A stretch of 64,000 nt of DNA, taken from Candidatus Omnitrophota bacterium. Its GTDB lineage: Bacteria; Omnitrophota; Gorgyraeia; Gygaellales; Profunditerraquicolaceae. This document shows, in pieces, positions 37,562 to 46,244 of the stretch. The position numbers and the translations under genes were made by a program. Numbering within the stretch: position 1 is the stretch's first letter; every line of letters starts with the position of its first letter. Location of the stretch: NCBI GenBank assembly GCA_022710715.1, contig JAKLGJ010000004.1, positions 256,166 to 320,165 of the forward strand. Reading direction: 5' to 3'. The notes beneath the pieces are model-generated. The model did not search any database and was not told where the DNA came from. It saw only the letters and a list, made by a program, of their open reading frames with translations.

Positions 37562-38287
37562 ATGGCTCATTTAATGCCGCCAAAACAATGCTCATCGAAC
37601 ATGCCAGCGTGGACGGATCCGGCGCTTTCGGATTTATCAACGAAAGTCCGAAAGGTTCATATTGACGAGTTGCGGTCATTCTTGAACTCTGAGTTTGTGC
37701 GGCGTGGTTTTTCGCAGTCGTCCTATACGGACCCGGCTATCACGGCGTTGGTTACGGAGATCAGGAAGGTTCACGTGGATGAGCTAAGGACAGAACTTGC
37801 GGCGTGCAAGTCCGGCAGGGGGACGTCTGGATATTGTCCGCAGGACAGTTCCGGTTGTATGGACTTCACAGATCCTACGATTACGGCGCTCTCAACAGAG
37901 GTGCGAGGCATTCACTTTCGGCAGATGATGCAGAAGGTGCAAGCATTAATGATGGGGTGCATTTGTGAGACCGAGCAATGCCAGTATTGCGCAGATTGCG
38001 GATATCACTATACGTCGTGCTCATATGCTGGTGTGGCTTGCGATGACCATAAATATTCGGAATGCCAGTATTCAATAAATCATTATTGGAACTGCGCCAG
38101 TATAAATTTGCCGTCTAGCGCAGAGCATCCTTACAAATCAGCGAACCCGCCGGTGGCGTGGGATGGATATGTGCCGTGGGATTGGTGCGTGTATACGCCG
38201 CCGGGCTCAAATTGGGGATCGTGCGAGTATGCGGGCGGGCATAATCATTCGGCGTGGAATTGTAAATGTAACCCTTATTCGTGGTGA
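37562..38287 (+). CDS. repeat-containing Cys/Trp/Tyr/His-rich protein; candidate substrate of the downstream radical-SAM maturases
   Basis: Three about 33-aa repeats ([WYF]TDPxx[ST]xLxTx[VI]RxxHxxELR) at aa 17-130; the C-terminal about 110 aa holds about 16 Cys plus many Tyr/Trp/His (CICETEQCQYCADCGYHYTSCSY...WNCKCNPYSW). Confidence 0.6.
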   Translation: MAHLMPPKQCSSNMPAWTDPALSDLSTKVRKVHIDELRSFLNSEFVRRGFSQSSYTDPAITALVTEIRKVHVDELRTELAACKSGRGTSGYCPQDSSGCMDFTDPTITALSTEVRGIHFRQMMQKVQALMMGCICETEQCQYCADCGYHYTSCSYAGVACDDHKYSECQYSINHYWNCASINLPSSAEHPYKSANPPVAWDGYVPWDWCVYTPPGSNWGSCEYAGGHNHSAWNCKCNPYSW

Positions 38288-38688
38288 TAACTATGCTTGA
38301 AGATCAAGAAAAAGCGGACAACGCTTCATTCAAGGCGGCTCTTTTGGAAAACGAGAACGCAGTGGACGAGCTTATTCATTTCAGTAAGAGCAACCTTGAT
38401 GGTTTAACCGTCCAGTGCTTCACGCATAAACGGTTTATGAGCGTTCAGGCTTTCGTGGATGTTTTGTGTCAGGTGTACCAAGAGCTTGGCGTTCAAGGTG
38501 AGAATGGCAATATCTCAAACTTTGTATTATTTGTTGCCGGAAAGCATAGGGATAACATTTACGCCTCACACGTGGGTGATCTTACCGATCAACATCGGCA
38601 GGTGTTTTCAGAAAGACTCGGGATGGATATTGTTGAGATCGAGGCGGGTCTTAGCAAATTGATTTGGAGGATTGATGGCGGTATTTGA
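38281..38688 (+). CDS. hypothetical protein (possible maturase partner/chaperone)
   Basis: 135 aa, overlaps the neighbouring genes at both ends. Confidence 0.35.
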   Translation: MVITMLEDQEKADNASFKAALLENENAVDELIHFSKSNLDGLTVQCFTHKRFMSVQAFVDVLCQVYQELGVQGENGNISNFVLFVAGKHRDNIYASHVGDLTDQHRQVFSERLGMDIVEIEAGLSKLIWRIDGGI

Positions 38689-39892
38689 ACTTAAGAACAG
38701 CAAGGCGGTTGGTGACCTGCCGTTACAGTGCAGGGATGTTATCAAACGGTATAAAGATGAGGGGATGTTTGATATCGACTCGATAACGGACGGCAAGCAG
38801 GAATACACCACGGTCTATTTTCTTATGACGCAGGATTGCAATCTGCGGTGCGCATATTGTTATCAGCCCAAAGAGTTCAGGCAAAAGGGTACCGGTATCA
38901 CGCAGGATGTTATTGATTCAACGATGGACTGGGTTTCCCGGACGTTCGATGAGCGCAAGATTAAGTTCAGTATCTTTGGCGGTGAGCCGTTCTTGAATTT
39001 CCCGATGGTTCAATATCTTTGCGATACCTATTGCATGTATCGTTACGTTGTCACCACGAATGGTCTTGTGCTTTTGGAGAATCAGGCTGTCAGGGCATGG
39101 GTGTTGAGGCATAAGTATCATTTGAATTTAAGCGTCAGTATATCGGCGTTACGCAGTGTTCTCGGTGATGATTATTTGGATAAAGCTCAGGCGGTGCTTG
39201 ATTTGGTTAAAGCAAACGGCGGGGATGTGCATTATGTTGTTGATGACCCGGAACGTCCGGGAATTTATGAGGAGATTATTCGGTTATATGAATACGGCGT
39301 GCCGATCGTGCGAGTATCATCTGCCCGGCATTGGGATATGGTTAGGGATAAGAATGAGCAGTTCAAGGATTTATTCCGGCGCATAGCGGATTACGTTTAT
39401 TTCGGCGGCCAGCCAAAGTTTGGCAGGAGCCAGTGGGATATAGCGTTAAAGAATAACATTTACCGCAAGATGAAAGGCATGCCGCTCAAGGACGTGCCGC
39501 CGACATTCTGCGGGTGCGGATATCTTTATCTTGCTGTTAACAACAAAGGCGAGATTTATCCCTGCGACTTTTTCGCCAATTATCCGGAGTTCAAGATTGG
39601 CGATGTGCGAAGCGGGTTTAATGATACGGCGTTCTTTTTCAAGAAGATGGGCGAGTGGATTGATGAGCTTTACGAGCATTGCCGTGAGTGCGAGGTTTGT
39701 TTTGACGGTGATATCAGGTGTTGTCCAAGAGCGATGTGTTTGGCAGAGAATTACACCGTCACCGGCAATCCGTTAAAGCCAGCGCCGAATCATTGCTGGG
39801 CGAATCGGATTGAGACAGCGACGTATGAGTATATCGCAAGGAAAGCGATCGAGACCGGCGTTGATAGGTTTTACTACAAGGGGCGGGCATGA
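38672..39892 (+). CDS. radical SAM / SPASM-domain maturase 1
   Basis: CX3CX2C (CNLRCAYC) plus C-terminal auxiliary Cys clusters (CGCGY..PCDFF, CRECEVCFDGDIRCCPRAMC). Confidence 0.85.
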   Translation: MMAVFELKNSKAVGDLPLQCRDVIKRYKDEGMFDIDSITDGKQEYTTVYFLMTQDCNLRCAYCYQPKEFRQKGTGITQDVIDSTMDWVSRTFDERKIKFSIFGGEPFLNFPMVQYLCDTYCMYRYVVTTNGLVLLENQAVRAWVLRHKYHLNLSVSISALRSVLGDDYLDKAQAVLDLVKANGGDVHYVVDDPERPGIYEEIIRLYEYGVPIVRVSSARHWDMVRDKNEQFKDLFRRIADYVYFGGQPKFGRSQWDIALKNNIYRKMKGMPLKDVPPTFCGCGYLYLAVNNKGEIYPCDFFANYPEFKIGDVRSGFNDTAFFFKKMGEWIDELYEHCRECEVCFDGDIRCCPRAMCLAENYTVTGNPLKPAPNHCWANRIETATYEYIARKAIETGVDRFYYKGRA

Positions 39893-40974
39893 AGATTCCG
39901 GTTTATAAATCGGTGTACCTGTATTTGACGCATGCTTGCAACGCCAATTGCTCGTTTTGCTATCGCAGGGGATTGTTTGAGCGCAACAAGATGTCAACGC
40001 TTGGGCCTGTGAAGATGTCAAAACAGACAGCAGATGATATTCTCGATTTCTGTTTTTCGGTGCTCGAGCTGGCGCCTAAGTTCACTATTTATTTTTGGGG
40101 TGGTGAGCCTACTGTTAATTTTGAGGTTATCCAGCATGTGATGGAGAGGTATCCGCAGATGCTCTTTCATATGAACACCAACGGAGCGTTGGTCAATGAG
40201 CGTATGTATGAGTTTTTCTCAAAGCACCGCAATATCGGGATCACGTGGTCGTTTGGCAACTGTTATGAGAAATACGGCGGGCCTCAGGCTAAGGCGCAGG
40301 TGGAAGGGTGGATGCTGAAGCTGGTCAGAGAGAACCCGAATCACAACGTGAACTTCATGGTTGTGGAATATGGGAAGCTCAAAGATGACTTTGATTTTAT
40401 CGCTAAGAACATCACTCGCAATATCACGATTGACCTCGCCACAAGGCATGATCACAGCCAAGAGGATTTGGAGAGGTTCGCCGATCAGTATTTCGAGTTG
40501 CTCATTGAGCATGAGCGAGATGCTGAAATGTTTCAAACTTTAAACCCTGCGCTTCATAGCAACGCTTATGTGCGGGAGTTCGGATTAAAAGCTCAGGTCA
40601 GGGAGTTTCACTTCTGCAGGACGGGGCTTGAGCGGCTTTTTATTGATACCGAGGGCGGTATTTGGCAATGCGACAACATGTATATCTGCAGGCATAACCG
40701 GCTAGGGTCGGTTTATGACGGGATTGATTATTCAAAGTTAGATTACGTTTGGGAGATAGATGCAGATCGGGAGCAGTTTCTTGGTAGGTTCTGTGAGAAG
40801 TGTGAGCTGTATAAGCGGTGCCCTCGGAATAAATGTTTGGGGCTTAATCTTGAGCATATGGGCGATATGTTTAACCCGGAGCCGGGTTATTGCGCCATGA
40901 ACAAGGTTTTGGCGAAGGTCATTGATAAATATATCCAATTGGAAAAGGAAAAGAAGGAGGCGGTTAATGTCTAA
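39889..40974 (+). CDS. radical SAM / SPASM-twitch maturase 2
   Basis: CNANCSFC; C-terminal CRTG..WQCDNMYIC..CEKCELYKRCPRNKC. Confidence 0.85.
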   Translation: MKIPVYKSVYLYLTHACNANCSFCYRRGLFERNKMSTLGPVKMSKQTADDILDFCFSVLELAPKFTIYFWGGEPTVNFEVIQHVMERYPQMLFHMNTNGALVNERMYEFFSKHRNIGITWSFGNCYEKYGGPQAKAQVEGWMLKLVRENPNHNVNFMVVEYGKLKDDFDFIAKNITRNITIDLATRHDHSQEDLERFADQYFELLIEHERDAEMFQTLNPALHSNAYVREFGLKAQVREFHFCRTGLERLFIDTEGGIWQCDNMYICRHNRLGSVYDGIDYSKLDYVWEIDADREQFLGRFCEKCELYKRCPRNKCLGLNLEHMGDMFNPEPGYCAMNKVLAKVIDKYIQLEKEKKEAVNV

Positions 40975-42148
40975 TGAGGAAGTGGTCGGCGGTAAGACCA
41001 AAGATGAAATTAAAAGCATAGATTTGTTTGTTACCGAGCAGTGCAATATGAACTGCGATTATTGTTTTCACCCAAAGGCCGAGGCGGTGCTTTCGGTTGA
41101 GCAGGGTAGAAAGATACTTGATCGGATGAAAGAATTAAGCCCGGGGGCGTTGCAGGTCACGTTCTTTGGCGGTGAGCCGCTACTTTATCCGCAGGCTGTG
41201 ATTGAGCTTGCTCAATACGCCCGGGAGTTGTGGCCGCCGGATAAAGAGGGACGACATACATCCACGTTTTCCATTTCTACTAACGGCATGTTTTTCGATG
41301 AGGGCGTGTTCAAGAAGCTCACAGAGTTGGGAATGGCTATTCAGGTCAGCTGTGACGGTGATGAGATCACGCATACCGAATATCGGCATGGCGACTATAA
41401 GCGGACTATTGAAAACATAAGAAAGATTTTAGCGATAAAGCCGGACATGAGTGTGCGCATGACGTTTACGCCCAAGACGGTCGGGAGGCTGGCGATCAAC
41501 GTGCAGTATCTGCACGAGCTTGGGATTACGAAGATCATGCACCACGCTGTCATAGAGGAGGATTGGACGGATGAAGCGGTAGATCAATACCGTTATCAGC
41601 TGGCGCAGGTTTACCATTACAGGCGGTATTGCAAACGTCAAGGGTTGCCGCTTGAGATAGCGTTTATCGATAAGCCGCTTAAAATCGTGAATGACGAGAC
41701 GCCGCCGGAGAAGGAATATTGTCAAGCGGGTAAAACGTATTTGGCGATACTGGATAACGGTGACGTTTATCCCTGCCATCGAGCGGCCAGCGCAAGGATA
41801 TTCAAGCTCGGCAATATCTTTCAAGAGCGGCCGTTTATCCGGGGCATCTTTCTTAATATCGATAAGGAATACACCGGGTGTTGGAAGAATTGCCCGCACG
41901 CTCGCACATGCCATAGTTGCGTGATCACGCACTATAAGGTTAATCAGGAACTCACGGTCCCGGTCACCAAGTATTGCAGGATATGCGCAGTCGAGAGTGA
42001 GCAGGCGTTAGGATTCTTGCCGGTTGAGCTTGCGGACAGGCGTGAGCGTATGCTGTATAAGGTCGGGCAGGTTTTGGTGGATGTCGCTAAGCAGAACGAG
42101 GAAATATTGGAAGCGTTGAAAAAGGAAAAGACTTATGCAGAACGGTAA
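40967..42148 (+). CDS. radical SAM / SPASM-domain maturase 3
   Basis: CNMNCDYC; C-terminal CQAG..YPCHRAA..CWKNCPHARTCHSC..CRIC; start MSNEEVV after SD AAGGAGG, 8-nt overlap with maturase 2. Confidence 0.85.
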   Translation: MSNEEVVGGKTKDEIKSIDLFVTEQCNMNCDYCFHPKAEAVLSVEQGRKILDRMKELSPGALQVTFFGGEPLLYPQAVIELAQYARELWPPDKEGRHTSTFSISTNGMFFDEGVFKKLTELGMAIQVSCDGDEITHTEYRHGDYKRTIENIRKILAIKPDMSVRMTFTPKTVGRLAINVQYLHELGITKIMHHAVIEEDWTDEAVDQYRYQLAQVYHYRRYCKRQGLPLEIAFIDKPLKIVNDETPPEKEYCQAGKTYLAILDNGDVYPCHRAASARIFKLGNIFQERPFIRGIFLNIDKEYTGCWKNCPHARTCHSCVITHYKVNQELTVPVTKYCRICAVESEQALGFLPVELADRRERMLYKVGQVLVDVAKQNEEILEALKKEKTYAER

Positions 42149-42401
42149 CTGGACAAAATATATCACGCCGGTGTTGGTCACGATCGCCTTGTTTATGCTC
42201 GGGTCTATCATGGCACAGGTGAGCCGGGTTGATGAGAAGTTGTTTCATCATTTGGCGAACGACGAGATTCATATGCCACGGAGCCTTTATGTGTCGAAGG
42301 CGGAGTTTGATATTCAGAGCCGGTTTATCGAGAAAGAAAACGACCGGATTATTAAGGCGATAGACGAACTTAAGAACGATCTCAAGGCGTGGAAAAAGTG
42401 A
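42135..42401 (+). CDS. small single-TM protein (holin-like?)
   Basis: 88 aa, one TM helix, charged C-terminus. Confidence 0.35.
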   Translation: MQNGNWTKYITPVLVTIALFMLGSIMAQVSRVDEKLFHHLANDEIHMPRSLYVSKAEFDIQSRFIEKENDRIIKAIDELKNDLKAWKK

Positions 42402-42402
42402 G

Positions 42403-42738
42403 GTGTATATGGCTGATGGTGAGAAATTTAGTTTGTTGAAGTTCTTGGGAAGTTTCGCTCAGGTATTGCCGTGGGTGAAGACTTTGCGGTATGCGGCGGG
42501 CATAGCATTGGTTGGTTTTGTTGGGCTCACGATATATCGTGCCTTTTTCATGCCAACTCAAACTACCAAACAGGAGACGCATATCATCGCTCAGTCCGGC
42601 GCTCAGGTGACGGTGGATCAGAAAAAGCAGGAGAAGTCGGGAATCGAGGTTAGTCCTTTCGTGGAAGGCTACGGATTCGCTGAATCTGATAACCGCAAGG
42701 GCGTGGGTGGTAAGGCTGGCGTGCGGGTAGAATTTTAG
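42403..42738 (+). CDS. small membrane-anchored protein
   Basis: 111 aa, one TM segment. Confidence 0.35.
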   Translation: MYMADGEKFSLLKFLGSFAQVLPWVKTLRYAAGIALVGFVGLTIYRAFFMPTQTTKQETHIIAQSGAQVTVDQKKQEKSGIEVSPFVEGYGFAESDNRKGVGGKAGVRVEF

Positions 42739-42801
42739 AAGAAATGCCTTGCCAACTATTAAACGTTATGGCCTTATACCCCTCGAAAGGAGGGGATTTT
42801 T

Positions 42802-43068
42802 ATGGTTCGTGAAAACATGACGGCGAAAAAGAGCCGGTATATCAGCGTGCGCAATGGTGGCGAGGAGATGTATGTCGAGAATATCCCGGTGTCCGGCCGG
42901 ATGCGTGATCACCTGCTAGCCACAAAGTTGCGTCTGCAGGAAATCCAAAGGGTTATGCCTTTAGGCAAATGGACGATTACGATTGAACAGCAGTGGAAGG
43001 AAAGCGGCGTTACGCATTTTCAGATGCTTGATGTCGTAAGCGGTAAATTACAGGAGTCGGTACTCTAA
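42802..43068 (+). CDS. hypothetical protein
   Basis: 88 aa, SD GGAGGGG. Confidence 0.3.
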   Translation: MVRENMTAKKSRYISVRNGGEEMYVENIPVSGRMRDHLLATKLRLQEIQRVMPLGKWTITIEQQWKESGVTHFQMLDVVSGKLQESVL

Positions 43069-43087
43069 ACAAAAGGAGGGATTCATA

Positions 43088-43381
43088 ATGGGTAAAAAAG
43101 CTAAAAAACAAAAGGTCGCAGAAAATAAAAAAAAGGTTTCAGCTGAAAGTTTAGCATCTCCAAAAGAAGGGATTGTTATGCACGCAGGGGCTTCTCGTAA
43201 CGAGCTTATGATGACGGCCAAGGAGCGTGGGGTTAAAAACTTTCGGGTGCTAAATAAGCAGGAGTTGAGCGAAGTGTTAAAGAATATCGGGGATCAGAAG
43301 GCTGTGGATGCCATTGTGGCTGGTGCTGTCGCCAGATGGAAGGCTGGCTGGGGAAAGAAAAAGGTAAGCCATGAAAGTTAA
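43088..43381 (+). CDS. Lys-rich protein with Rho-N-like domain
   Basis: ELMMTAKERGVKNFRVLNKQELSEVLKNIG resembles the Rho termination factor N-terminal helical domain; KK-rich N-terminus. Confidence 0.45.
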   Translation: MGKKAKKQKVAENKKKVSAESLASPKEGIVMHAGASRNELMMTAKERGVKNFRVLNKQELSEVLKNIGDQKAVDAIVAGAVARWKAGWGKKKVSHES

Positions 43382-43680
43382 AGCGGAACTCGATTTAAAG
43401 GTCGAGATGGGTGGCGTGTCGCATGACGGCACTGGGTGTCAGGGGTATTTGCCAAAAGGCACACGGTACGAAGAGATCGTCCGGGTGTTCGGTCAACCTC
43501 AACTTGGCAAATCGCTTGATGGTAAGATCAAGGCGGAGTAGGTGGGTAGGATCAACGGCTTGGTTTTTACGATTTATGATTACAAGTCATCGCTGGTGTC
43601 GGAGCGGAATATTGACTGGCACATCGGCGGAAAGATGAAGTTTGTTGCGGAGCTGGTTAATTTGTTTTTTAAGAATGCAT
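43371..43680 (+). pseudogene. 103-codon reading frame interrupted by a single in-frame TAG (codon 57)
   Basis: MKVKAELDLKVEMGG...DGKIKAE-TAG-VGRINGLVFTIYDYKS...; continuous frame apart from the TAG at about 43539-43541. Confidence 0.35.
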
Positions 43681-43742
43681 TAGCTAATGAATTTTTTGTT
43701 TATTAATGAGTAATTTCTGGTAAAATATATAAATTAGAAGAG

Positions 43743-45362
43743 GTGTATATAATGAAGACATTGGCTTCGGATAACTTATTCTCAACATCAATAGAGGTTG
43801 AGTATACAAGAAATACAAGCGTTGAATATCGACGTTCCAAAGGACAATTTTTTACGCCTTTTGATATTGCAGAATTTATGGCTGAGTGGATCGTTGAAGA
43901 CAGGCTTGGTCAGAAACTTCGAATACTGGATCCTGCCTGTGGTTTCGGAGTCTTTGAAAGGGCAATCGCCAAAGTATATAAAGGAGATACCAGCAATTTA
44001 TTATTTGATTTATGGGAGATAGACGAAAAGATACTATGCGAATTGCGAATGATTGTTTCTGATTTAGACGTCAAGGCAGATTTTTATCATGAAGATTTTT
44101 TGTCAAATGGTGAGTGGGATAAATATTATGATGGAATTATAGCCAACCCCCCTTATTACAAACATCACTATATTGATAATAAACAGAAAATTTTTGAAAG
44201 GGTATGTGTAAAATCAAATTATATTTTTAGCATTCAGACAAATATTTACTGTTGGTTTTTAATTAAATCATTACAGCTTTTGAAAGAAGGGGGAAGGTTA
44301 GCTTTTATTGTTCCTAGCGAGTTCTTGAATTCAAATTATGGGGAAAAAATAAAATCTTATTTGATTCAGTCAGGATTGATATGCCATTTGATCAATGTTC
44401 ATTTCAAGGAGAATGTTTTTGAAGACGCATTAACCACTTCTGTTATAATTCTTGCAGAAAGAAATGTTCAAATACATAAGACAATAAATTTTTATACTGT
44501 ACACGACGCCGCTTATCTAACAAACCTTTCTTCATTTTTAAAAGAGCAAAAGCATAAAGCATTTGTTACAAAGAATCTTGACCCAAAAATCAAATGGCGA
44601 AATTATTTTAATGGGTATAAAGATCATTTTGAAAACAGCGATAAGGTTGTACCGTTTGTTACGTTTGGGCGTTTTTCTCGAGGCATAGCTACTGGTTCAA
44701 ATAATTATTTTACTTTATCTAAGTTAGAGGTTGAGAAGCATAGGATTCCTTCAGAGTGTCTGTTGTCATGTATAACAAAATCATCTTTTGCCAAAAGTCG
44801 GCGTTTCGGCATTGAGGATTTCCAATCATTGGTTATTGAGGGGAAGAAGGTTTTTCTTTTTGATGGGAATCGAGCAAAAACCGAATCCGTAGCGGCATAT
44901 CTCAAGTTAGGTGTAAACGAAGGAGTTGATCAGAAATTCTTAACAAAATGTCGTGATCCTTGGTATAGTCTAGAAAAAAGAGAATGTTCGAAAATATGGG
45001 TTTCTGTTTTTGGACGTAATGGATTAAAGTTTATATGGAATGAAAGTGATTGTCTTAATTTGACGTGTTTCCATGCGTTTTCGACAACACAGATCGGTGA
45101 AGAATATTTGGGGATAATCTATCTTTATTTAAATACATCTATCGCACATTATTTTCTTGAGAAGGAAAAAAGGGAATATGGGAATGGTTTGGAAAAATAT
45201 GAGCCCAATGATATCAATAAAACCATGATCCCTGATTTTAGAAAATTAGATAAGACGCAGAAGGCTAAGTTACAAGATTTGTTTCAAAAACTTATTTTAG
45301 GTAAGGACGAAAAGAAAGTTGTGGATGAAGCAGATAGAATTATTCGTGGGCTGATCGAATAG
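43743..45362 (+). CDS. N6-adenine DNA methyltransferase, Eco57I-like gamma class
   Basis: FFTPFDIAEFM, motif I ILDPACGFG, motif IV NPPY (GIIANPPYY); 539 aa. Confidence 0.85.
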   Translation: MYIMKTLASDNLFSTSIEVEYTRNTSVEYRRSKGQFFTPFDIAEFMAEWIVEDRLGQKLRILDPACGFGVFERAIAKVYKGDTSNLLFDLWEIDEKILCELRMIVSDLDVKADFYHEDFLSNGEWDKYYDGIIANPPYYKHHYIDNKQKIFERVCVKSNYIFSIQTNIYCWFLIKSLQLLKEGGRLAFIVPSEFLNSNYGEKIKSYLIQSGLICHLINVHFKENVFEDALTTSVIILAERNVQIHKTINFYTVHDAAYLTNLSSFLKEQKHKAFVTKNLDPKIKWRNYFNGYKDHFENSDKVVPFVTFGRFSRGIATGSNNYFTLSKLEVEKHRIPSECLLSCITKSSFAKSRRFGIEDFQSLVIEGKKVFLFDGNRAKTESVAAYLKLGVNEGVDQKFLTKCRDPWYSLEKRECSKIWVSVFGRNGLKFIWNESDCLNLTCFHAFSTTQIGEEYLGIIYLYLNTSIAHYFLEKEKREYGNGLEKYEPNDINKTMIPDFRKLDKTQKAKLQDLFQKLILGKDEKKVVDEADRIIRGLIE

Positions 45363-46242
45363 CCTCAAGAAAATTTGGTTTTATTTCAGCGTGTCCACCT
45401 TTAAAGCGCACATAGTGCAATAATCTCCCACCCTCTAGTTCTTTAGTTTTACCTTCCAAATCGGGCAGTGTAATCTTTTCAGATATTTGTATTCCTTGAT
45501 TTAAGTAAATATGAATCGTTTCTTTAAACTGATTCTTGGGATTTTTTTCTATAGCGAACGCCGGAAGACCATTAAAAACCCCGTAGATTTTTTTATTTTT
45601 AATTCCTTTTATTGTAATATCTGAGCTTCCTAGTATTTCAAGAATTTTAGTAAAGGGTATTAAATAAATTGTATCGAAAAAAACTTGTACATAATAATGG
45701 GGAACACCATATGTTTTGATCCATTTCAATACAACGAGCAAGTCCTCGACCTTTGGAGTAAAGCTTAAGAACGGACGGTCATCTTTTGGGGAAAACTTTT
45801 TAGTTAAATAGGCACTCGAACGAATTTCCATGCCAGCCAAAGATTCCGGAACAATTATTTTTAGGTCATCTAATGATAATTGGCTGATATCTTTTCCCCA
45901 CTGAGATTTGTATAATTGAGGCGTGTATAGTAGAAGGTCGGGGCGTTTTCCGATGGTGTCTAGTTCGTTTTGATAGGATAAATAAAACGTTTTAAAGCCG
46001 GGATCACCTGCAATAATTTTATCCGATTTTCCATATTTAATTGGGATAAACTTTTCTGGAAAAGTTTTTTCAATGCTGGAAAATAGTAAATTTTCAGCCC
46101 AATCGCCCTGCTCGCTATGGGTTAGAAAATCAGAAAATGCTTGAGTAGGGGCAGTTCCCTTTTTTCTGTTGATATTAAGGTTAATAATATCAGTTGAAAT
46201 CTTTTCGCTTAATTCCTTTATTGATTCTTGGTAGCCATTCAT
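45340..46242 (-). CDS. candidate restriction endonuclease (convergent partner of the methyltransferase)
   Basis: 300 aa, low-GC codon usage, tail-to-tail overlap with the methyltransferase gene; no family recognised. Confidence 0.4.
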   Translation of the reverse strand: MNGYQESIKELSEKISTDIINLNINRKKGTAPTQAFSDFLTHSEQGDWAENLLFSSIEKTFPEKFIPIKYGKSDKIIAGDPGFKTFYLSYQNELDTIGKRPDLLLYTPQLYKSQWGKDISQLSLDDLKIIVPESLAGMEIRSSAYLTKKFSPKDDRPFLSFTPKVEDLLVVLKWIKTYGVPHYYVQVFFDTIYLIPFTKILEILGSSDITIKGIKNKKIYGVFNGLPAFAIEKNPKNQFKETIHIYLNQGIQISEKITLPDLEGKTKELEGGRLLHYVRFKGGHAEIKPNFLEAIRSAHE

Positions 46243-46244
46243 AA

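Noticed and set aside
43411-43638. 75-aa Arg-rich ORF
   Set aside because: An alternative frame of the same DNA gives a more protein-like sequence (see the interrupted ORF at 43371-43680).
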